From IMG/VR virus record IMGVR_UViG_3300038463_000730, positions 124,001 to 188,000 of that record: a DNA stretch of 64,000 nt, one strand, 5' to 3'. The notes under the pieces were generated by a model, which saw only the letters and a list, made by a program, of their open reading frames with translations, had not been told where the DNA came from and did not search any database. Below, piece after piece: positions 46,347 to 56,136 of this stretch. Position 1 is the first letter of the stretch; each line of letters begins with the position of its first letter. Position numbers and translations under genes: made by a program.

Positions 46347-49300
46347 TATGTCGCATCCTCTGTCCACTCGATGAATCCGCTTACCGATCCGCCCGTGACT
46401 GTTATTGAGTTCAAATTAATAGCGAGATTTTGCGCGACACCACGAAGCACAATTGGTTTATTATTCCTGATACCAAACTCCCAAATAATAACACTGTCTA
46501 ATACGCCAGTTAATGGGAATACCATTTTAGTAGATCTTATTGTTCCAACCGCTGCGCCAAGTCCTGTTGGATTAGCTGTGTATGCCGAAACAACAGCCGT
46601 TGCAGCTGCATCGTTAGCATCATGTGGGATAGCTGTTGCTGTGGTAGATGTTCCGCCAGTATCGGCGGCCGAACGTTTGATAAGAAGAATAGGAGTTGTT
46701 ACAGCAGTGGTCGCCAGACCAGTTAACTCAATTTTAGTTACACGAACTACTGTACTGGCACTTCCAATAATAGTTGCAATATCAGTAGCCGTTGCAGCCG
46801 TGGCAACTGTAAATGAAGCTGAGTATGTTTTACGAAGATGCTCTGCATTCTGTACTTGAAGCGATTGAACGGCATTGACCGGATTCGTGATCAACGTGCG
46901 AGCATCCGTTCCATCAGATGCACCCATCAAAACCGGGTTACCTGTTACGGCGGACCCTGAAGCGGCTGCACCGGTTGCAGTAAAACCATTGTTTGGACTG
47001 ATCGCTACTACAATAGCAGTATCGCCCGCAACTGCCGCCGTGCTACCAGCTTTAACAGTAGCGGTATTGTTACCATCTGTAATCTTCTGAAAACCAGGAC
47101 GCAAGATGGCGTCCATGGTTGGCATCAGGTTGGATCCGTCAGTGATTCTCTGAAAACCAGGACGCGAAATGCTGTCCATGGTTGGCATCAAGTTAGAGCC
47201 ATCCGTAATCTTCTGGAAACCGGGACGCAGAAGACCATCCATCATCGGCATCAGGTTCGAGCCATCGGTTATATGCATGTAACCGGCTCTTGTCGCGATA
47301 TCCATGGTTGGCATCGTGTTCGAACCGTCTGTTACTTTGACGGGCCAGGCATTAGATAATGTGTTTGGCGTGCCTTGTGAAAAACCATTGTTTGGACTGA
47401 TCGCTACTACCAGCGCAGTATCTCCCGCCACTGCCGCAGTGTTTGCTCCCTTGATAGTTGTAACGTTGCTACCGTCTGTAATCTTCTGAAAACCAGGACG
47501 AATAATGTTGTCCATGGTTGGCATGGTATTCGAACCATCCGTGATCTTCTGGAAACCGGGACGGATAACGTTATCCATCATTGGCATCAAGTTAGAGCCA
47601 TCGGTTATATGCATGTAACCGGCTCTAGTAGCGATGTCCATAGTAGGCATCGTGTTACTGCCATCCGTAATCTTGACTGGCCAACCGTTAGCTAACGTAT
47701 TAGGAGTGCCTTGGTTCGTCGCGCTTACTGTTACGGACAGAGCTACCGGTAACGGCGAGCCACCAATGGCACCGGCATTCCACTGAATGTTGGCAGTACC
47801 AGATGTATATGCAGAGGCACGAACACGCACTTGTGTAAATCCACCACAAGAAATGCCCATCGTTTGGTTAGTCGTAATATTTGAGACTAACGCTTGAGAG
47901 TTAAAGTTCCATGCCTGTAGCGCTACCCACGTACCATCACCGTTAGTTCCTTCGAACACGAGGGTTTCAGACCACGTTCCCAACACGTCAAATGTAACGG
48001 TTGAGCAACCTCCGGTTGTTGCGACAACCGTTCCGTTAAGAGCTGCGATACTGCCCGTTCCAGATTTATCAACTGAATTGAACGGGAGCGGTTCACCGTT
48101 AAAATCTTGATCAATTTGCACACGATCGATATTCTGGAAGAAAATATAATCGATATCAAAAGTCGTGCTAGATGCTGGAGCAGTTGCACCGTTAACGCTA
48201 CCTGCCGTAATATACAGAACTGTATACGGAGAAGGAATGTGGACAGAGTTTATCGCAACAACAATTCCATCAATTGATAGAGTAGCTTGATTCTGCGAAA
48301 TATCAATTTTGTATAGGTGATAAGTCGCGGTCGTGCTGCCGTTTGGAATTGTTACAAGAGTAGTTTGAGTGTCAGATGCCGTGTTAGCATAACACGTTAC
48401 AAAGTTTACTTGAGTGTTGGTTGTTCCTGAAAACTGTACCGTTACTTGCTGATTAGGAGTTAGTCCAACGACATCTTGAAAACCCATATAGAATGTCTGA
48501 TTTGCAATTCTCTGGCTAACCGCAACGTAAAACTGAACGCTATACGGTAGGAAATCCCCAAGACTTCTAATAGAAGTAGCCGAGTTAGCGGTCGTTCCGG
48601 CAGTCCAAGAAAAAATAGAAGATGCGACCGATAGAGTTGTACCGGTTCCGGTTACAGTCTGCCAGTTACTAACTACGCTGGCCGCTCCACCCGATGTTCC
48701 AGTGTAATTACTGTCTAACGTAAGTGCTGTATCGGACTCGATCGAACTTACTTGAACATAAAGTGTTTCCGAATCCGCCGTTTTCTTGATATACTGACCT
48801 ACATTCACTTGGGTTGTGAACGCAGTACCGGAACCAGTAACGGCAGTAGACCCGTTCGTAAACGTAACCGTTCCGGTAAGAGCAGTAGTTAGCGCGCTCC
48901 CAGTAAAGTCATCACGCAACGAACCTTCGTCTGTTAGAACGGTGCCGCGAGTTTGAAGATTTCCAAATGCGTCAATCGTTGGCGAACTAGTTCCAACAAT
49001 TACTGATGATGGATCTGGGTAGGAAGAATTGGTAAGCTGATCTGATTCTGTAACCGTTGCATTTGAATTTGGTGAAACGGTAACAACAAGCGCTGGATCA
49101 GTAGCAACGGCAGCTGTCGATGCTGGCTTGATGCGCACAGTTTGAATATTTGTGCCATCTGAACCACCAAACTGAGTAGCATAAAGTGGTGTTGCGGTAC
49201 CGATCGCAGCCGATGTTAGCGTTGATGGATCACTTATGTGCGAGCCACGTATTGTGCCGTTAGCCGTTCCACTTGTATATGCGGAAACCCTAACTCTTGT

Positions 49301-50086
49301 TTCGCCAGCTCCACCTACACCGATAATAGTCGCAGCAGTCGCCGTATTAGCCGATGCAAATACAATTGTTGTGGCGATGGCACCGTTTGTAGGATTGAAA
49401 TAGGTAGGGTTCCAAGTTGTGCCACCATCAAATGATGTTTCAGCAACTAACGTTCCAATCAAAGTACCGGCAGCAAGTTGCAAACCGATAGTCGTCTGAC
49501 CAGGATGAGTTAATGTTATCGCAGCATTCAACGCTCCCAATGCTCCGGTTGCCGTAACATCGGCAGCAGAAGTACTCAGAGAGTTGTTTGGCGAAATGGA
49601 AACTACAAGTGCAGGGTCGGTAGCAACGGCAGCGGTAGAAGCGGGCTTGACAGCGGCCGAGTTTCCACCTTGGTTGATTGTTGCGAGCCACGGGGTAGTG
49701 TTCGCCGTATTACCTGGCTGCACCGTCCACGTACCAGATTGGGTTGCTGCCACAGTGCCGGTCACGGTTGCATTCAAGTTTGCTGCTGTCGCCTGAACAA
49801 CAGTAAATGATCCTGTTCCGGCGTTAGCTGTGACAGTTCCGCTGACGGGCAAAGCAATACCGGCAGTTGCACCTTGAACAGTCAAAACACCACCAGAGCC
49901 GGTACCTGCTGTACCAGCTCCGACGATAACTTGCTGTCCAGAGGTATTTGTGCTGATGAAACGGGCATCCGTTCCATCATATCCTGCTACCGTAATAGCA
50001 GAAGTAGGAGCGACAGCGCCGTTGGTTGTTGCCAAGGCGTTGCCGCTCGCGTCGTACAATACTACATCTGGTGAAGAACCACTCAT
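46346..50086 (-). CDS. Long Thr/Ala-rich fibre protein with nested repeats and a lectin-like domain, 1246 aa
   Basis: Fibre motif GTVTFTNGSTAVTGSGTAFTTQV; YHLYKIDI...LSIDG (ConA-like); ITDGSN repeats. Confidence 0.75.
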   Translation of the reverse strand: MSGSSPDVVLYDASGNALATTNGAVAPTSAITVAGYDGTDARFISTNTSGQQVIVGAGTAGTGSGGVLTVQGATAGIALPVSGTVTANAGTGSFTVVQATAANLNATVTGTVAATQSGTWTVQPGNTANTTPWLATINQGGNSAAVKPASTAAVATDPALVVSISPNNSLSTSAADVTATGALGALNAAITLTHPGQTTIGLQLAAGTLIGTLVAETSFDGGTTWNPTYFNPTNGAIATTIVFASANTATAATIIGVGGAGETRVRVSAYTSGTANGTIRGSHISDPSTLTSAAIGTATPLYATQFGGSDGTNIQTVRIKPASTAAVATDPALVVTVSPNSNATVTESDQLTNSSYPDPSSVIVGTSSPTIDAFGNLQTRGTVLTDEGSLRDDFTGSALTTALTGTVTFTNGSTAVTGSGTAFTTQVNVGQYIKKTADSETLYVQVSSIESDTALTLDSNYTGTSGGAASVVSNWQTVTGTGTTLSVASSIFSWTAGTTANSATSIRSLGDFLPYSVQFYVAVSQRIANQTFYMGFQDVVGLTPNQQVTVQFSGTTNTQVNFVTCYANTASDTQTTLVTIPNGSTTATYHLYKIDISQNQATLSIDGIVVAINSVHIPSPYTVLYITAGSVNGATAPASSTTFDIDYIFFQNIDRVQIDQDFNGEPLPFNSVDKSGTGSIAALNGTVVATTGGCSTVTFDVLGTWSETLVFEGTNGDGTWVALQAWNFNSQALVSNITTNQTMGISCGGFTQVRVRASAYTSGTANIQWNAGAIGGSPLPVALSVTVSATNQGTPNTLANGWPVKITDGSNTMPTMDIATRAGYMHITDGSNLMPMMDNVIRPGFQKITDGSNTMPTMDNIIRPGFQKITDGSNVTTIKGANTAAVAGDTALVVAISPNNGFSQGTPNTLSNAWPVKVTDGSNTMPTMDIATRAGYMHITDGSNLMPMMDGLLRPGFQKITDGSNLMPTMDSISRPGFQRITDGSNLMPTMDAILRPGFQKITDGNNTATVKAGSTAAVAGDTAIVVAISPNNGFTATGAAASGSAVTGNPVLMGASDGTDARTLITNPVNAVQSLQVQNAEHLRKTYSASFTVATAATATDIATIIGSASTVVRVTKIELTGLATTAVTTPILLIKRSAADTGGTSTTATAIPHDANDAAATAVVSAYTANPTGLGAAVGTIRSTKMVFPLTGVLDSVIIWEFGIRNNKPIVLRGVAQNLAINLNSITVTGGSVSGFIEWTEDAT
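46982..47713 (-). repeat. Nested tandem repeat: 63-nt (21-aa) units inside a duplicated larger block
   Basis: (K/H/R)(I/V)TDGSN(T/L)MP(T/M)MDxxxR(P/A)G(F/Y)(Q/M): three full copies in block 1 and four in block 2; each block ends TAAVAGDTA(L/I)VVAISPNNGF. Confidence 0.9.
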
Positions 50087-50103
50087 CTTACCTACTTACT
50101 AAA

Positions 50104-51636
50104 TTATGGCGTGAGTTCTGTTACCAAAGCGTTTCCAGTTACACCGTTTGCCCAAGCAGCCTGAACAGCACCAGTGTAATCAACTGGAAGCTCCCAATAC
50201 ACATCCTGCATTAGCAAAGTTGTAAAGTTAGATGACGATGCAGTTCCGGTTCCGAGCAACACGTACATGTTCTTGTTTGTGTTGTTGTAGATTGCTGCGA
50301 ACTGACGGTTGGCGTTCGATGCCAAGATCGACGTAGTCGATGTTGCACCGGCTACCGTCGTGACAGCTGATGTGTTTGCCTTGTTCTGTGTGACCGATAC
50401 TGGGGTCATGCCAGAGATACCCTGGATCGTGACGACACCCGAGTTAGCTGTTCCAGCTGTACCGGCACCGATGACTGTTGCGTTCAAGTTTGCTGCGGTT
50501 GACTGAACTGCCAATACACGCAAGTTACCTGATGTATCCAATGACAACGCGCTCATCTGACCCGTTGTGTAGGTCGGAGCCGCAGTCGTTACCGAACCTG
50601 CACTCAAATTCGCATCCGCACCCGGTGCTGCACCGGTTGGATAGACACCGTCTACACGAAGCAATCCGCCTGTTGTCAATGACAATGAATAGATGTCGTT
50701 GTTAGTCAGACCTGATTCAGCAGCAGTCGTTACCAAACCACCTACATACGTAATCGAAGCTGGTGCCGCAGCTGCCGTTGCGCTTACTGAGGCGTTATTG
50801 AAGTTACCAGTTCCGGCGTTTGCCGTTACGGTTCCGCTGACTGGCTGAGTTACGTTTGAACCATCGACACGGAGCAATCCTGCCGTTGTCAATGACAACG
50901 CATACAGATCACCGCTAGTCAATCCTGATTCAACCGCAGTTGTAACAAGACCTCCAACATAGGTCGCCGAACCAGGAGCCGTTGTCGCTGTCGTGCTTAC
51001 CGAAGCGTTCGTTGCCGTAACAGTTCCGCTGACTGGAACCGGGGTTCCGGAAGCGTTACCTTGAATTGTTACCAGTCCCGAGCTAGCGCCGGAACCAGCT
51101 GCCGTTGTTCCAACAACTGTTGCGTTCAAGTTTGCAGCAGTAGCTTGTGCAACAGTGAATGAACCAGTTCCGGCATTCGCAGTAACAATTCCGCTGACCG
51201 GCTGTGTAACGTTTGATCCGTCAATACGGAGCAATCCAGTTGTAGTTAGTGATAGTGCATACAAATCACCGCTGGTCAAACCTGACTCGGTAGCTGTCGT
51301 AACTAAACCACCAACGTATGTTGCTGATCCAGGAGCAGCTGTTGCGGTCGTACTAACAGAGGCATTGTTTGCCGTTACAGTTCCGCTGACCGGGACCGGA
51401 GTACCGGAAGCGTTACCCTGAATGGTAAGCACGCCTCCAACACCAGTTCCGGCTGTACCGGCACCGACCAGCACTACACGACCTGAGGTATCAACGGTAA
51501 TGAAACGTGAATCTGTTCCATCCGAGCCTTCAACAAGAAGGCCGCGGTTACCAGTTGGTATTGAGTTGCCATTGATCGCGGCAAGCTCATAACCATCTGA
51601 GCTATATAAAACTGAGGCTGGTGATAGACCTGACAT
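50104..51636 (-). CDS. Repeat-containing fibre protein, paralogous N-terminus to 46346..50086
   Basis: Shares DGTD.RFI...GAGTAGTG.GGVLT.QG, PVSGTVTAN and ATAANLNATV with the neighbouring gene. Confidence 0.75.
   Translation of the reverse strand: MSGLSPASVLYSSDGYELAAINGNSIPTGNRGLLVEGSDGTDSRFITVDTSGRVVLVGAGTAGTGVGGVLTIQGNASGTPVPVSGTVTANNASVSTTATAAPGSATYVGGLVTTATESGLTSGDLYALSLTTTGLLRIDGSNVTQPVSGIVTANAGTGSFTVAQATAANLNATVVGTTAAGSGASSGLVTIQGNASGTPVPVSGTVTATNASVSTTATTAPGSATYVGGLVTTAVESGLTSGDLYALSLTTAGLLRVDGSNVTQPVSGTVTANAGTGNFNNASVSATAAAAPASITYVGGLVTTAAESGLTNNDIYSLSLTTGGLLRVDGVYPTGAAPGADANLSAGSVTTAAPTYTTGQMSALSLDTSGNLRVLAVQSTAANLNATVIGAGTAGTANSGVVTIQGISGMTPVSVTQNKANTSAVTTVAGATSTTSILASNANRQFAAIYNNTNKNMYVLLGTGTASSSNFTTLLMQDVYWELPVDYTGAVQAAWANGVTGNALVTELTP
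50646..51420 (-). repeat. Three copies of a ~50-aa module
   Basis: NASVS.TA..AP.S.TYVGGLVTTA.ESGLT..D.Y.LSLTT.GLLR.DG occurs three times. Confidence 0.85.
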
Positions 51637-51651
51637 TGTAGTATCCTTGGT

Positions 51652-52398
51652 TTACGAAATGCTTCTTGTTCGAGTAGTTTCGAAGATAAAGTTTTCGTAA
51701 GTAATGTTATCGCTTACAGTATGGGCTATCGTGACACCATCTGTATTGTATACCTTCCAAGTGATAGTTGTTGGAACAATATTTGACCACACAATGTCCT
51801 GTTCTACTATCTTTTTAGCCATTGTATCATCAACATACCAAATTACGGACGTTGGAAACATGATACCTGGCGGCGAAATGACTTTGTACGCTCCGGACAC
51901 AAACCCGTCAGCCGGACCTTCATCGATAAAGTGAATAAGTTGACGGAGCGTTTCGTGTTCAGCCGGATTGATTAGATTCTTATCAAGATCACTAATCGCA
52001 CCTTGAACATTCGTGCTAGTAATATTGATTGACTTAGTCGGATCGAAACCGACCTGACCTGCTCCGGCTGGCCAGATAAAATTGACAAAACCACCGGTAG
52101 ATGAGTTGATCGGCTCAACCGTTGTGAATGTTGTGCCGTTCAGAACCGCATCAATAGTGAAATAGCCATCTGCTGACCCCGTTCCATAGAATTGGACTCG
52201 GTCGCCGGATTCAACCGGATGGTCACCAGATGGCCAAGTCAGATCTTGGTCATCGACAAGTGTAATGACGACAATGTTACTAACAGATGTCGTAGATATG
52301 AGCGGAACGGCTGCTAAGTATACACTATAGCCATCAGAGGCTAGTCTAGGTACCTCGGCAATTTCTGCTTCTAATACATCTGATTTCGCAATTGCCAT
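51652..52398 (-). CDS. Virion structural protein (two DGY motifs)
   Basis: ITSTNVQGAISDL (fibre-type motif); HETLRQLIHFIDEGP. Confidence 0.7.
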   Translation of the reverse strand: MAIAKSDVLEAEIAEVPRLASDGYSVYLAAVPLISTTSVSNIVVITLVDDQDLTWPSGDHPVESGDRVQFYGTGSADGYFTIDAVLNGTTFTTVEPINSSTGGFVNFIWPAGAGQVGFDPTKSINITSTNVQGAISDLDKNLINPAEHETLRQLIHFIDEGPADGFVSGAYKVISPPGIMFPTSVIWYVDDTMAKKIVEQDIVWSNIVPTTITWKVYNTDGVTIAHTVSDNITYENFIFETTRTRSIS

Positions 52399-52401
52399 TC
52401 A

Positions 52402-52806
52402 TTACTTCTTTTTCTTTCCCTTACTGCCAGATTTCGCCTCTGGAGCAGGCTCGGAACCAGCAGTTTCCGGATGAGAAGCGATGTATGCTTCTTTCTCCTT
52501 GTTTTCCTCGGCAATCCGAAGTGCTTCGGATCTCTCTACTTCAGCAGCATGAATGAACCCACTCAGCACGTTGTACACGATACTGTTGGTTGATGCGAAA
52601 GCCGAAGCTTGCCCATCAAGCGTAGCGGCTTGCTTCCGCAAATTCTCAGCCTGAGAAGCACAATTCTGACGATTCTTCTCAGCATCATTCATGATCTGAA
52701 TAAGAATTGCTTCTACAGCAGCCTTATCATCATCACCTACTACACCGACCGATACCGCATCCACCATCCGTCTACGTAACTTATGTAACTCTTCAGCGTA
52801 CGACAT
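52402..52806 (-). CDS. Coiled-coil hypothetical protein
   Basis: 134-aa helical ORF with basic C-terminus. Confidence 0.65.
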   Translation of the reverse strand: MSYAEELHKLRRRMVDAVSVGVVGDDDKAAVEAILIQIMNDAEKNRQNCASQAENLRKQAATLDGQASAFASTNSIVYNVLSGFIHAAEVERSEALRIAEENKEKEAYIASHPETAGSEPAPEAKSGSKGKKKK

Positions 52807-53044
52807 TCTTTCTGGCCTTTCTCTTCAATTGTTTCTGCTGATCCGCCATCCATTTTGCAATGATTACACATGGCTCACAATAACATCCTTGGATGTCACC
52901 AGATGCCTCATAGAATTTAGTTGGCTCTTCCAAACCGTCAGCAGACAATACTCTCTTGAACGTTTCAGGAGCGCGGTGCCCAGATGAGCACCACCTACTG
53001 GCTGGCGCATCAACTATACGGAATGTTATTTCAGCATCCATCAC
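52793..53044 (-). CDS. Small putative zinc-binding protein
   Basis: WCSSGH...CYCEPC. Confidence 0.6.
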   Translation of the reverse strand: MMDAEITFRIVDAPASRWCSSGHRAPETFKRVLSADGLEEPTKFYEASGDIQGCYCEPCVIIAKWMADQQKQLKRKARKNVVR

Positions 53045-53066
53045 ATACCTTATATCTGCTTAATTG

Positions 53067-54569
53067 TTACTTGACGAAATAGTCGATGTAATCGCCTTTC
53101 TTATTCGCTTTGTAGAATGTAATGCTCGTTGTGTTGGTTTCAGTATAGTCAGCAAATGCTGATGCTGCTCCTGGGTGCTGGATAACTCCACGAACGTATA
53201 CCCATAGATATTGACCGTTTCCGGTACCATCCAATGTGTAACTGATCGAACCAGGCAACGTGTGTGCAGTTCCGGCTGGAAGATTTGCTGACAATACTTC
53301 AATCGTGCGTGTAACAGTCGAGTTACTAATCGAGTTTGCCAAAACCTGAAGAGACGCCGTAATGGTCTGACCTGATGTCAAAAGCCCACCGGTATACGTA
53401 CGGTTACCAATCTGTGTGTTCAACGTGTTCAACGCATCGACGACAGTTGGTGTTGCGTTTGGAAGGTTGTAGAACGGAAAATATGATCCAGTGTTGGTCA
53501 ACAATCCATTTAGGTTCTGATCCGAGCTGATCGTCCCGATCGTATCAAGAATGTTGTTGATATCGTTGACCAGTGCCGCATCGGTCAAGATACCAAGTGC
53601 CGGGACCTCACGGAACGCATTCTCATCCATCGCATCAAGACGCTCGTTGTAACCATAGAGTAAGTTGATAACGTCAGGTTGACCAGCTTCCCATGTATAC
53701 GGCGTATAGTTAAGCGCGTAGTTCAGATTCCACGGCGATGAGTAGAAATGGACCTCGACCGAGTTTGGTGATGTGCTCGAACCATTAAAAGTGAAACCGA
53801 AAATACGCTCCCCAGCGTGTGGTCCGGTTAGAACGGACAATTCACCACCAGAGCTATATCCGTCCGTGATGTGGACGTAACAAGCATTCGGATCACCTGC
53901 GAACGGGCCAGTGTCGAATACTGGGATACCCAGTCGGTTAACGCTGTCAGCGTGCTTCAAGTTACCAGCCGAGCTAACCGTTACGAGAGTATTACCCGTC
54001 GCCACAGCCTCTCCGAAATAGGCCGCGTTGATAATGTACGCAACGGCATCGGTTGTCTTCGTCGCAATATGCGAAAGGTCAGCCGGAAGGAATGTTCCGA
54101 TTGCATTTGGCTGCTGGTACGTCGGGATCGCCGCATCGTATCCGACACCCTTGATTCTTGCACGATCGGTACGTGCGTAGTTCAAGTCCGCAAGCAATGT
54201 ATAGTCATAACGCTCGATCCAGCTGATCGCTCCGTTGTTCGCATCACCCGCAACTGCTGCCGGGTTAACAACCGTCACAGATGTTGGGCTAATGTACGAA
54301 TCGATCAAGAACGTACCGTTGTTACTACCCGAGGCTGCCCCGGAAATAGTCAACCAGTTAGTTACGTCCGCAACCGTCATACCAGTTAGTCCAGTAATGG
54401 TTACATCCGATCCGCTCACAGTCGTGATCGACGCTGTAGACCCGGCCTGGCCAGTAAGCGGCACACCGAGCATATTGCCTTCATCGGCAAGGTTAAGGTT
54501 CGACACTTGGACGAGCGAACCTGCGATATTTAGTGCTTGATCAAGCATACTAAGACGAATGGATGGCAT
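53067..54569 (-). CDS. Virion structural protein (head/neck fibre-like), 500 aa
   Basis: LTISGAASGSNNGTFLI module; TVVDALNTLNTQIG coiled segment; C-terminal VYVRGVIQ...DYTET..TSITF. Confidence 0.7.
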   Translation of the reverse strand: MPSIRLSMLDQALNIAGSLVQVSNLNLADEGNMLGVPLTGQAGSTASITTVSGSDVTITGLTGMTVADVTNWLTISGAASGSNNGTFLIDSYISPTSVTVVNPAAVAGDANNGAISWIERYDYTLLADLNYARTDRARIKGVGYDAAIPTYQQPNAIGTFLPADLSHIATKTTDAVAYIINAAYFGEAVATGNTLVTVSSAGNLKHADSVNRLGIPVFDTGPFAGDPNACYVHITDGYSSGGELSVLTGPHAGERIFGFTFNGSSTSPNSVEVHFYSSPWNLNYALNYTPYTWEAGQPDVINLLYGYNERLDAMDENAFREVPALGILTDAALVNDINNILDTIGTISSDQNLNGLLTNTGSYFPFYNLPNATPTVVDALNTLNTQIGNRTYTGGLLTSGQTITASLQVLANSISNSTVTRTIEVLSANLPAGTAHTLPGSISYTLDGTGNGQYLWVYVRGVIQHPGAASAFADYTETNTTSITFYKANKKGDYIDYFVK

Positions 54570-54625
54570 ATTTTTTTTCTGCTAAAACTGTGAAATTAAG
54601 TTTCTTACTGAATGGCCCATTATTA

Positions 54626-55249
54626 TTAGATCGTTGCAATTACATAAGAAGCTTCAAGGATTGATCTGCCGGGCAGTGGCGTTTGATACAAGTTCACCGT
54701 GTCGTAACCTGATCCAACGCCTCCCGATTCAGAGATTGTGAAGTTTCCATTCGTCGGATTCGTACCAAGCACCTGTAGTTGTCCGTTCAGTGTAACGTAG
54801 ATGTGAAATATGTTACTATCGTACGTGCCTTCTAGAAATTTATCAGGAGATGGGACCTTGAATGTTCTATTCACACCATCGATCGCGCCAATCAATGGCT
54901 GACGCTGACGAAGTAGATAATTTGCATTTCCACTTGGAATAGTAAGACCATTTACGATGCCAGCGCCTTGCAAGAATGCCAACTGTGCCTCGTTGAACTG
55001 AAGCAAATCGACGTCTGAGCATATGACAACAATATCTTCGTACAGAATTTTGTGTTGCAACTCACCTTTTAGAAGACTAGAACGAATATCACCCTCTGCT
55101 ACCCCAGGTATCGCCAACAAATCACGAGTGTGGCCGTACCGAATAGGATAGTTGAAGATGCGAATCGTTTTACCGATTTGCTTACAAATATTCATCACTA
55201 TAAAACACCCGTTTATTTTAAGAAACGGAGCAAAACTATCCATCCCCAT
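54626..55249 (-). CDS. Virion structural protein, 207 aa
   Basis: GAIDGVNRTFKVP...VTLNGQLQ module typical of large-phage virion proteins. Confidence 0.65.
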   Translation of the reverse strand: MGMDSFAPFLKINGCFIVMNICKQIGKTIRIFNYPIRYGHTRDLLAIPGVAEGDIRSSLLKGELQHKILYEDIVVICSDVDLLQFNEAQLAFLQGAGIVNGLTIPSGNANYLLRQRQPLIGAIDGVNRTFKVPSPDKFLEGTYDSNIFHIYVTLNGQLQVLGTNPTNGNFTISESGGVGSGYDTVNLYQTPLPGRSILEASYVIATI

Positions 55250-55256
55250 ACGGACC

Positions 55257-55985
55257 TTAACTTTCCTTGGTCAGATTCGGTTCCACCAACTTGTCATTGA
55301 TCGTGATCGTAACAGACCGTTGAACTTCTTTGTTGTCTTTTGTAGCTTTCACATCTCCAAACAACTTATCAATCAGATTATCAGGTCCCTTCACCATACC
55401 GGGTGATGCGGCTGTTGTCTTGGTCTGTCCACCCAAATTGCATGCGCGGTAGATTGATTTGTGAAGTAGTTTTTCATCACGATCTAGCAGAATTTGCCTT
55501 ATTTCAGGCTCTCCAAGACGATTGATATCTTCCGGACGCAGCCGATAACGCAAATACATTAGCTCCTCAAGATAATCCATCTGAGGCTTGAAAAAATCCA
55601 TATCTTTCTGTTCTATACGTAACGTACGATCCAAAGATGCACTCAGTATTCGTGCGTAACTATCGAACCAGTCCGGATCGCCCAAGTAGTCATCTTTTAT
55701 CGTATCGACCGCCGTTTTCAGTTTGATAAATGTCTTAAGCTTCTCCGAAGCATCCTTATCAATGTACTGTGCCGAACGATGGTACGTTTGCAGGTTACGT
55801 CGAGCGATGTAGTCAGTTTCTTGATTGATATACCGAGTATCGAACGCCTGCTTTACCATTTCGTTGCTATTTTGAGCTAATTTCTGCCAATATTTTCTGC
55901 GTAACGCCATCGCATCAGCGTGTCTTTCGTGAGATGCATCAACTTTACAAACAATCTCATAAACCTGTAAAAAGTGCTTATTCAT
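55257..55985 (-). CDS. Helical hypothetical protein downstream of the capsid gene
   Basis: 242-aa ORF with AGGA ribosome-binding site; carries KLAQ, KQA and KTA motifs. Confidence 0.7.
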   Translation of the reverse strand: MNKHFLQVYEIVCKVDASHERHADAMALRRKYWQKLAQNSNEMVKQAFDTRYINQETDYIARRNLQTYHRSAQYIDKDASEKLKTFIKLKTAVDTIKDDYLGDPDWFDSYARILSASLDRTLRIEQKDMDFFKPQMDYLEELMYLRYRLRPEDINRLGEPEIRQILLDRDEKLLHKSIYRACNLGGQTKTTAASPGMVKGPDNLIDKLFGDVKATKDNKEVQRSVTITINDKLVEPNLTKES

Positions 55986-56031
55986 CGGTTTCCTATATCA
56001 GTTATGCAAGATTATGAACGGGCAGCGTAGC

Positions 56032-56068
56032 AAAACAGAAAGGGCATCGAATTACTTCGACGCCCTCT
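56032..56068 (-). terminator. Rho-independent terminator after the major capsid gene
   Basis: AGGGCGTCGAA-GTAA-TTCGATGCCCT (11 bp, one G-U, GNRA loop) followed by TTCTGTTTT. Confidence 0.8.
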
Positions 56069-56136
56069 CACTGCCCTTATTCATGACGCCCTAAGGAGCT
56101 GGGCTCGACCGATTAAGGTCAGTATCCTAGTCTAGA

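Noticed and set aside
46982-47713. 63-nt periodic repeats as a CRISPR array or DGR template/variable repeats
   Set aside because: The repeats are in frame, vary mostly at synonymous positions and have no unique spacers; there is no adenine-specific variation and no cas or reverse transcriptase gene.
41582-55249. Possible paralogy between 41582..42055 and the N-terminus of 54626..55249
   Set aside because: Only a loose pattern (F...NI...(D/N)LL...S...G) is shared; too weak to support without a profile comparison.
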